A stretch of 64,000 nucleotides of DNA from Spirochaetia bacterium. GTDB lineage: Bacteria; Spirochaetota; Spirochaetia; UBA9216. A program made the translations under genes and the position numbers. This document shows positions 57,102-64,000 of this stretch, piece by piece. Numbering within the stretch: the stretch's first letter is position 1; every line of letters starts with the position of its first letter. The DNA is taken from contig OY776510.1 of assembly GCA_963675665.1 (NCBI GenBank), positions 608,001-672,000 on the forward strand, given 5' to 3'. The notes below the pieces were generated by a model. The model ran no database searches. It had not been told where the DNA came from and saw only the letters and a list, made by a program, of their open reading frames with translations.

Positions 57102-58433
57102 CTACAGTTTATTCTTTTGATTAAACTGAGGCAGATATTTCTTATGTGCTTCCAGCATTTCATTATAAATCTTTTTAGCCATTTTATCATTGGAAACAAG
57201 CGGATTTATTACCAGTGCAAGCAGCCCGGTATTATAATCCCCGGTTACCGCAGCTTCTGCAGAAAGCCTTTCAAAGGATTTTATCTGCTGAATAAGCCCT
57301 TTAACAGGAACAGGAAGCTCACCTACCGGAACCGGAATTGGACCCTTGTCAGTTATTTTACAGGTTATTTCTATTGCAGATTCATCCGGAAGATCCGAAA
57401 TGGCACCATTATTCATTGTATTGACGGTTTGCAGATCGCCCTTGTTATTGTATATGGAATTGATCAAACTGCATGCCGCATCACTGTAATAAGCCCCGCC
57501 CCTGCTTTCCAGTTGTTTCGGTTTTTCAGCAAGCTCAATGTTTTTATAAATCTCAAACAGTTCGCCTTCCATGGCTTTAACCTTTTCCGCTCTTGTTCCG
57601 TTATGCTTATACTCTTCAACAGCTTCCTCAACCATTTCTGCTGTTTTGTAGTAATATCGATGATACGGACAGGGCAGAATCTTAAGCGCTTTTAAAAACT
57701 CCGGTTCCCATTCTACCGGAGGAATATTACTCATGGTAATCTTCCCTTTCGATTCAATCATTATTTCGGGCACCTGATCAGAAATATCCTTTCCGTCCAG
57801 ATATGTTTTCAATCCGTAAACCATATGGTTCAATCCGGCAAAATGAATTTGAAGACGTTCCGGCTCAATATTCATGACTCCGGCCATGGCCCGATGAACA
57901 CCGACGGGGACATTGCAAAGGCCTATTACTTTTTTATGCACCGAATATCTTAAAAGCGCCTCGGTGACCATGCCCGCCGGATTGGAGAAGTTTATAAGCC
58001 ATGAGTCCGGACAAAGCTCTGCCATATCTTTTGCTATTTCAAGAATCACAGGAATTGTTCTAAGCCCCAGGAAAAGGCCGCCGGCGCCGTTTGTTTCCTG
58101 TCCCAAAACACCGTATGACAGGGGAATTTTTTCATCCTTTATCCGGCCGTCCATTCCGCCGACCCTGATCTGTGTAGTAACAAAATCAGCGTCTTTCAGC
58201 GCGGCCCTTCTGTCTGTTGTAGTGAAAATTTTCATCGGAACTTCTGCTTTTTTAACCATTCTTTCCGCCAGGGCCCCGATGATCTCCAGTTTTTTTTGGC
58301 CTTCTTCGATATCCACCAGCCAAAGTTCTTTTACCGGCAATTCATTATATCTTTTTATGAAACCCTCAATCAGTTCGGGAGTATAGCTGGATCCCCCTCC
58401 GATTGTTACAATTTTAATTCCGCTATCGTTCAT
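57102..58433 (-). CDS. licH: 6-phospho-beta-glucosidase, glycoside hydrolase family 4
   Basis: KIVTIGGGSSYTPELIEG, GQETNGAGG, NFSNP, GLCN, GLNH, RGGAYYS. Confidence 0.93.
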   Translation of the reverse strand: MNDSGIKIVTIGGGSSYTPELIEGFIKRYNELPVKELWLVDIEEGQKKLEIIGALAERMVKKAEVPMKIFTTTDRRAALKDADFVTTQIRVGGMDGRIKDEKIPLSYGVLGQETNGAGGLFLGLRTIPVILEIAKDMAELCPDSWLINFSNPAGMVTEALLRYSVHKKVIGLCNVPVGVHRAMAGVMNIEPERLQIHFAGLNHMVYGLKTYLDGKDISDQVPEIMIESKGKITMSNIPPVEWEPEFLKALKILPCPYHRYYYKTAEMVEEAVEEYKHNGTRAEKVKAMEGELFEIYKNIELAEKPKQLESRGGAYYSDAACSLINSIYNNKGDLQTVNTMNNGAISDLPDESAIEITCKITDKGPIPVPVGELPVPVKGLIQQIKSFERLSAEAAVTGDYNTGLLALVINPLVSNDKMAKKIYNEMLEAHKKYLPQFNQKNKL

Positions 58434-58465
58434 ATAAGCTCCTTATATTTATTATTTCATATTCA

Positions 58466-58522
58466 ACAAATGTGACCGCACACATTTGTGTATAATATTA
58501 TCATTTTTTTCAAACATGTCAA
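58466..58522 (-). promoter_or_regulatory. GH4 operon promoter with a lac-like operator
   Basis: Minus strand TTGACA-N16-TAATAT with TG-n extension; operator ACAAATGTG-ACCGCA-CACATTTGT (58466-58489), core resembles TGTGAGCGCTCACA. Confidence 0.78.
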
Positions 58523-58562
58523 CAGGAAGAATTGGTTTGGTCTGAATTTTGGCTTGAAACAA

Positions 58563-59579
58563 TCATATTGCAGGTATTTCTTTACATGAACTTCTGATTA
58601 TAAAATCGGAATCAAGAATGACTTTTTTCAATTCATAATCTTTATTTTCAATGCGGTTTACAATCATATCCGAGGCCTCTACCGCCATCCCCCCGATTGG
58701 CTGGGACATTGTAGTCAAAGCCGGGGTAATGAATGATGAATACTGCAGGTCATCAAACCCGACAACTGAAAGATCTTCCGGTATTAAAATATTCCTGTCA
58801 TGGGCGGCTTTTATCACTCCCATTGCCATATAGTCGTTTGAGCAGAAAATTGCCGTAGGGGGATTTTCCAGATCCATAAGGGAGTTTAATGCATTATACC
58901 CGCTTTCCAGAGACCAGTCGCCGTAATAAACCAGATCTTCTCTGTATACAATACCGTTGGCTTCAAGCTCAGTTCTATAACCGGTCAGCCTGTCTGCTGC
59001 ATTAACTTCAATCAGATTTCCGCTGACAAACCCGATTTTTCGGTGGTTAAGCCCCAAAAGGTATCTGATTATTGTTGCCGCACTTTTCAGGTTATCTACG
59101 TCGACATAGCCGTATTCAACGTCATCACTTCTTCCGAGAACAACAGTAAAAGGAATATCATCTTCAACCAGTTTTGTTATAAACGGATCATTTCCCGCCG
59201 GTGCGAATACAATAAGCCCGTCAACTTTCCCTTCCTTATACAAACTGGAACAATCCTTTGTCTTTTCGTCGCTGTGCATGGAGCCGAGAAAAAGACTGTA
59301 GCCCTTAATTCTCAGATGCATCTCAATTGATAAAAGCAATTCAATATAAAAAGGGGCGGTTAACAGGTATTCCTTTTTCGGCAGAATTATTCCTATGTTA
59401 TTCGTTCTTTTTTTATTAAGCGCCCTTGCGGCGGCATTCGGGTAATAGGAAAGTTCCTTGATTGCCGCAAGAACCCTGTCCCTTGTTTCAGGCCTGACGT
59501 TGTCGGTCCCGTTAACAACTCTTGAAACCGTCATATATGAGACATTTGCCATTTTTGCGACATCCTGTTGTGAAGCCAA
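58563..59579 (-). CDS. LacI-family transcriptional regulator
   Basis: TTG start with an AGAGG SD; DVAKMANVSYMTVSRVVN, Y.PN..AR.L, IPEDLSVVGFDD. Confidence 0.93.
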   Translation of the reverse strand: MASQQDVAKMANVSYMTVSRVVNGTDNVRPETRDRVLAAIKELSYYPNAAARALNKKRTNNIGIILPKKEYLLTAPFYIELLLSIEMHLRIKGYSLFLGSMHSDEKTKDCSSLYKEGKVDGLIVFAPAGNDPFITKLVEDDIPFTVVLGRSDDVEYGYVDVDNLKSAATIIRYLLGLNHRKIGFVSGNLIEVNAADRLTGYRTELEANGIVYREDLVYYGDWSLESGYNALNSLMDLENPPTAIFCSNDYMAMGVIKAAHDRNILIPEDLSVVGFDDLQYSSFITPALTTMSQPIGGMAVEASDMIVNRIENKDYELKKVILDSDFIIRSSCKEIPAI

Positions 59580-59836
59580 GCGAAACCTCTTTATACGAAT
59601 ATTAAATATAGAATACCATATTTCAATATTCAATTCGATAGCTATATTCTTTTCGGATAACTCTTTTATCCCGACAGCCGATGCAATATCTCTAATTTCT
59701 GTTCCCTTGTTACTCTGCTGCAAACCCGGGATGATCGGCAATCTTTGCTGCAGGGCCCGGATTCGCCGAAACGCAAGCTATTTATTAATAATAATAAAAG
59801 TGTTATCGTATAATGTTTTTTTTTGGGGAGTATACT

Positions 59837-60589
59837 ATGCCTTCTTCTTATAACATACCGGTTCTGGTAAAAACCTTTTCAGTAATTAAATGTATCTCAG
59901 AGTATAACAATGGTTTAACCCTAAGCGATATATCAAAAAAAATAGAAACTCCCAAATCTACAGTATTCAGAATACTTTACACTTTACAAAAAGAATTGAT
60001 TATTGAAAAAAAGAATGATTTATACTTCCTGGGAAGTATGTTGATCCATTTCGGCCTTCACACGCTTTCACAAAGAGAGCTCAAAGATATTGCGAGACCC
60101 TTTTTAATTTCCCTGATGGAAGAAACCGGAGAAACGGCTCACATTGCAATACCAGTGGGAACACAGAGCATGATACTGGACGTAGTACTGACAACGCATT
60201 CAATCCGGTTCTCGTCGCCTGTGGGGAGCCTTTTTCCCCTGTATTGCACATCTCACGGAAAGGTCTTTCTGGCCTTTTCAGATCACCTGGATTTGGACAG
60301 TTATTTGGAAGTTGCGCCGCTTCAGTATCGTACTGATAAAACATTAATAACCCGTGAGGCCCTGTCGGCCGAATTGGACAAAATCCGTGACCAGGGATAT
60401 TCCATGGATGAACTTGAATTCACCGATGATATAAGATGCTGTGCGGCTCCGGTTCCGGACAAGGAAGGCCGTTGCGTCGCTGCAGTCGGCGTTACGTCTA
60501 CAACAATTACATTTAAAAAGGAACGTATTAAAGAAATATCTGATGCTGTGAAAAAATACGCATTGAAGATATCTGCCGAATTGGATTAA
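59837..60589 (+). CDS. IclR-family transcriptional regulator
   Basis: LTLSDI...PKSTVFRIL.TL, ETGETAH, PLYCTSHGK, GYSMDELE, CCAAPV. Confidence 0.93.
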   Translation: MPSSYNIPVLVKTFSVIKCISEYNNGLTLSDISKKIETPKSTVFRILYTLQKELIIEKKNDLYFLGSMLIHFGLHTLSQRELKDIARPFLISLMEETGETAHIAIPVGTQSMILDVVLTTHSIRFSSPVGSLFPLYCTSHGKVFLAFSDHLDLDSYLEVAPLQYRTDKTLITREALSAELDKIRDQGYSMDELEFTDDIRCCAAPVPDKEGRCVAAVGVTSTTITFKKERIKEISDAVKKYALKISAELD

Positions 60590-60631
60590 ACAGGTTAAAC
60601 CGATTCGACAGATTATTTAATTCTGATTCTT

Positions 60632-60756
60632 TGAAGAAAAAAATTACAATTTTAAGTTATTATATACAGCATAAGAAGTTGTAATTTTTTCTTCAGTTAC
60701 ATTATGGAAACTCTTTCAGAAACTCTGAGACTAAAGTCTCTTGAGTTTTGAAAGAG
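60632..60756. terminator. Two stem-loops between convergent iclR and uxaA-like genes
   Basis: TGAAGAAAAAAATTACAA...TTGTAATTTTTTCTTCA and CTCTTTCA...GAGACT-AA-AGTCTC...TGAAAGAG inverted repeats. Confidence 0.55.
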
Positions 60757-60762
60757 CCTCCT

Positions 60763-61938
60763 TTAATTTTTATTAATAAAATATTCCAGTCTCGGGTCTT
60801 TTTTATATATTGCAAATCCTGAATAGCCTAAACCTTCCAGTTTTGTTTTTTCACCTTCGGCAACCTTTATGACCTTTTCAAGAATATATTCAGATACTGA
60901 ATCCAGTGAGTCTTCACCTGTAATTATCTTTCCTGCATTTATATCCATATCTTCTTCCATTTCAATAAATGATTCAGGATTTCCGCATACTCTGATTGTC
61001 GGCATTAATTGACTGTTCACCGACGCGCCTATTCCCGTTGTGAACAGCATTAATTGACACCCGGCTGCAGCCAAATGTGTTATGCAGTGTGAAAAAAGCA
61101 TTGTTCCGTCCTGCAGATAGACTCCGCCCTTTTCCGGTTTTTCCAGAATTCTGTCGCTGTATTCCAGAACTCCCTGTATGGGGCGTGTTCCTGATTTATG
61201 AATTGCACCGATGGATTTTTCTTCAATTGTAGACAACCCTCCCTGAACATTGCCTATACACATAAACTCCACTTCTGTTCCGGGAACCGTCCATCTTTTC
61301 TGCTCTAATTCAATCGTTTTTTTGATTTGGTCAGCAACTTCCGGATTGACGGCCCTGGAAATCAACTCTTCTTCACCGCCGATACATTCAATCGGTTCGG
61401 TAAAAATAACCGTTGCACCAAGATCCGCCAATTTGTCCACTGCCGCGCCGACACTTGTATTTGAAGCAATACCGGAAGTAGTATCCGATCCGCCGCACTT
61501 TACAGCAACGGACAATTTATCAATACCTACAGGAACTCTTTCGGGATTGCCGAAGTCGGCTTTCATTTTTTTGATTATATTTATACCTTTTTCTATTGTT
61601 TTCCTTGTTCCCTTTTCTTCTACAACCTCAATTACCTCAACCGGCTTTTTAGTATTAATCAGTTCTATAATCATCTCCGGTTTGACCCCTTCGCAACCGA
61701 TACCAATGATAATAACTCCCACAACATTCGGATTGTTGGCCAGTCCGGCAAAATTATTTATCACCTGCTCGTTTCCGGCGGCGGGACATCCGTGCGCCGA
61801 AGTAACTGTAATCACATCGTCAAATTCTTTGGCTATATTTCTTACTATTCCTTCGACGGCATCACATACGCCCAGAACAAGATAGTTGTTCCTTACACCC
61901 ACTGAACCGTCTTCTCTTAAATATCCTTTGAACTGCAT
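60763..61938 (-). CDS. UxaA/GarD/SuyB-family dehydratase, large subunit
   Basis: F.GY.R.DG.VGVRN, HGC, NPNV.G...IG.GCE, KCGGSDTTSG.ASN, GN..GGLSTIEEKS.G, FTTG. Confidence 0.9.
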   Translation of the reverse strand: MQFKGYLREDGSVGVRNNYLVLGVCDAVEGIVRNIAKEFDDVITVTSAHGCPAAGNEQVINNFAGLANNPNVVGVIIIGIGCEGVKPEMIIELINTKKPVEVIEVVEEKGTRKTIEKGINIIKKMKADFGNPERVPVGIDKLSVAVKCGGSDTTSGIASNTSVGAAVDKLADLGATVIFTEPIECIGGEEELISRAVNPEVADQIKKTIELEQKRWTVPGTEVEFMCIGNVQGGLSTIEEKSIGAIHKSGTRPIQGVLEYSDRILEKPEKGGVYLQDGTMLFSHCITHLAAAGCQLMLFTTGIGASVNSQLMPTIRVCGNPESFIEMEEDMDINAGKIITGEDSLDSVSEYILEKVIKVAEGEKTKLEGLGYSGFAIYKKDPRLEYFINKN

Positions 61939-61991
61939 GAAGATTCCCCCTTGCTATTTGTTTCTTGCTGTTTATACTTTATCTGAAAAAC

Positions 61992-62321
61992 CTAGATCCC
62001 CATGCCTTTAATCATCGAATCTATTCTATCCCTTGGAATACCGATACGGTCGCTTTCAATATTTTGTATATGAACCATCTCGCCTTTTTTGATGTCCCTG
62101 TAGCACAGACCAATTTTTGATCCGTACTTAATTATTTTCTCTCCTGTTGAAATATCATCAAGTGATATCTTGAAGCCGAACCTGTTATCCTGTTCGGCAA
62201 TTATATTTTTAACAACTTTCCCGTCGCTGTATATTATGGAGACTTCTTCTCCTTTTTTTACTTCCGCCAATACGGTTGCAACGTTGTCCTTTTCATTCAT
62301 CATTAATGCTTTCTTTTCCAT
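61992..62321 (-). CDS. UxaA/SuyA-family SAF-domain small subunit
   Basis: KDNVAT.L, GFK.SL.DI..GEKIIKYG..IG....I..GE.VH.QN.ES. Confidence 0.88.
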   Translation of the reverse strand: MEKKALMMNEKDNVATVLAEVKKGEEVSIIYSDGKVVKNIIAEQDNRFGFKISLDDISTGEKIIKYGSKIGLCYRDIKKGEMVHIQNIESDRIGIPRDRIDSMIKGMGI

Positions 62322-62351
62322 ACGTCTTTATCCTCCCGGTCTTTTATTTAT

Positions 62352-63623
62352 CTACCCCATAAGCAGGTTTGGTACGAACAGTATTATTTGAGGAAAAATT
62401 ATTAATAATACAAGAACACCAAACAGCAGAAGATAGAAAGGCAGCAATTCCTTGATCAGATTTTCAATCTTGACCTTGCCGATGTTCGCGACAGTGTACA
62501 GGCTCATACCCACAGGAGGGGTCAAAAGTCCGATCATAAGATTCAGAATCATTATTATTCCGAAGTGAACCGGATCAATTCCGACATTAAGAATAATCGG
62601 CATTATTATGGGTGTAACTATCAATATTGAAGCAGTAGGATCCATAAACATCCCCAGTATAAAAAAGAAAACATTCAGAATAAGCAGGATCAAAATCGGA
62701 TTTGTTGTAACGCCGGTCAGCACCCCAGCCAAAGTCTGCGGGACCTGGCTTAAGGTTAAAAGAAAGCTTAATCCGAATGAAACTGCAATAATACAGCCTA
62801 CAACAGCGGATGTAACCAAAGAATTCAACAGGATTCTGTAAAGCTTCTTTAAATTAAGCTCTTTATACACAAATTTGGATACTATTAAAGCATATACTAC
62901 TGCCACCGCAGCAGCTTCCGTCGGCGTAAAAATCCCGCTGAAAATTCCTCCCAAAAGGATAACCGGTGTCAATAAAGCCCAGAACGCGTTTACAAAAGAT
63001 GAAACCAGTTCCCTGAAAGCAACCTTGCTGTTGCTTCCGTAGTTTCTTTTGACCGAGATATAATAAACCAGCCCCACCATCAGCAACGCTATCAGCAGTC
63101 CCGGTAAAAATCCTGCAAGAAACAATCTTCCTACTGAAACGCCGCCGCTTGCAGCATATATAACCGCCGGAACACTGGGCGGGATTATCGGCCCTATAGT
63201 AGCCGACGCTGCGGTTACAGCCGACGAGAATTCAGGCTCGTAGCCGTTATCGTTCATCGCCTTAATCTCAATCGAACCAAGTCCCCCCGCGTCCGCAATA
63301 GCCGAACCCGACATGCCGGCAAAGATTATGCTGCACAGAATATTTGTATGCGCAAGCCCTCCGCGAATATGACCAACCGAACAATTGGCAAAATTAAAAA
63401 GACGTTTTGTTATTCCGCCCTCATTCATAATATTGCCGGCCAGGATAAAAGCCGGCACCGAAACCAGCACAAAACTGTCAAGGCCTCTTACCATCTGCTG
63501 CAAAAGGGCGTTGAGAGGCACCTGATTGGTAATGGCGTTTATAAAAACCGGCGTGCCTATAGCAAAAAAGACAGGAATTCCTATTATAACTCCTGCAAGT
63601 AATAATATTAGCAATAAAACCAT
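62352..63623 (-). CDS. dctM: TRAP transporter large permease
   Basis: PAFILAG.IM, GMSGSAIADA, GPIIPPS, FTPTEAA, GIDPVHFG, GLLTPPVG. Confidence 0.95.
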   Translation of the reverse strand: MVLLLILLLAGVIIGIPVFFAIGTPVFINAITNQVPLNALLQQMVRGLDSFVLVSVPAFILAGNIMNEGGITKRLFNFANCSVGHIRGGLAHTNILCSIIFAGMSGSAIADAGGLGSIEIKAMNDNGYEPEFSSAVTAASATIGPIIPPSVPAVIYAASGGVSVGRLFLAGFLPGLLIALLMVGLVYYISVKRNYGSNSKVAFRELVSSFVNAFWALLTPVILLGGIFSGIFTPTEAAAVAVVYALIVSKFVYKELNLKKLYRILLNSLVTSAVVGCIIAVSFGLSFLLTLSQVPQTLAGVLTGVTTNPILILLILNVFFFILGMFMDPTASILIVTPIIMPIILNVGIDPVHFGIIMILNLMIGLLTPPVGMSLYTVANIGKVKIENLIKELLPFYLLLFGVLVLLIIFPQIILFVPNLLMG

Positions 63624-64000
63624 TATTTATTTTCCTTTTGGGCAATGAAATCAAGAATGATAAAATTGATTTGATTTATCATCATAACAACAGCTGCAAT
63701 AGGAATTGCTATATACACATATAACTGCGATATTCCTGTTGTCGACATCGATACGGTTCTCAGCCTGGTTGCCAGATTAAATCCGTAAACCATCATAAGA
63801 ACAAGAAAACCCAGTATAGAGACATTCAGTAAAATCTTTATGAAGATTTTTGTGAAATTTGGGAAATACCGTTCTGTAAAAAACTCAACCCTCGGATGGG
63901 CCAGTTTACTATGCGCGACGATGCTCCCCATAAAAATCATCCAGATAAAGAAAATTCTGGTAACTTCCTCAATCCATATTAAAGGGTTCCTGAGAACATA
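63623..64000 (-). CDS. dctQ: TRAP transporter small permease (5' end outside the window)
   Basis: Frame extends to the window edge: P.IWIEEVTRIFFIWMIFMGS...H.RVE...Y.AIP; stop overlaps the dctM start. Confidence 0.88.
   Translation of the reverse strand, partial: YVLRNPLIWIEEVTRIFFIWMIFMGSIVAHSKLAHPRVEFFTERYFPNFTKIFIKILLNVSILGFLVLMMVYGFNLATRLRTVSMSTTGISQLYVYIAIPIAAVVMMINQINFIILDFIAQKENK

Noticed and set aside
58468-58487. CRP-like site (AAATGTGA...CACATTT)
   Set aside because: The half-site spacing is 4 rather than 6 nt; it fits a LacI operator and a lacI gene is adjacent.
59580-59741. 54-aa N-terminal extension of LacI
   Set aside because: The HTH begins right after TTG 59579, which has an SD; the extension spans the divergent promoter region.
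1-64000. Visibly frequent CCGG tetranucleotide
   Set aside because: It is spread evenly through coding regions and is probably a codon or genome signature; it cannot be quantified without computation.

Overview
A 64-kb bacterial chromosomal window, most likely from a free-living Spirochaetales organism. This is inferred from 'FAGGQQE'/'FAEGSQE' solute-binding-protein N-termini, an FlgD-Ig/OmpA lipoprotein and a long TrkH/KtrB, and was not database-checked. It is gene-dense (about 55 CDS) and I see no rRNA, tRNA, CRISPR array, transposase or prophage genes. Main blocks: (1) pentose-phosphate epimerases, a sensor kinase/NtrC-type regulator and a sigma54-driven sugar ABC transporter; (2) asd with a Thr/Ile leader-peptide attenuator; (3) a BetI-like TetR with a saccharopine-dehydrogenase-like enzyme; (4) a LacI-controlled tctACB-aroA-permease operon; (5) pfkA-ppk1 and a Nudix gene; (6) a GAF-EI ptsP preceded by an orphan structured RNA; (7) a CoADR-rhodanese-TusA-DsrE fusion and a Mo enzyme; (8) a ktrBA operon whose KtrB has a voltage-sensor-like N-terminus; (9) a MalT-like regulator with a small ACT-like partner and an OmpA lipoprotein; (10) GH4/ROK/LacI and TRAP/UxaA/IclR catabolic modules. 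The most interesting signals are non-coding: the asd attenuator, the ~125-nt RNA with an exposed anti-SD motif, about 10 apparently leaderless genes, a six-hairpin intergenic array and several operator pairs. All product calls come from motifs recognised by eye; no searches or folding programs were run.
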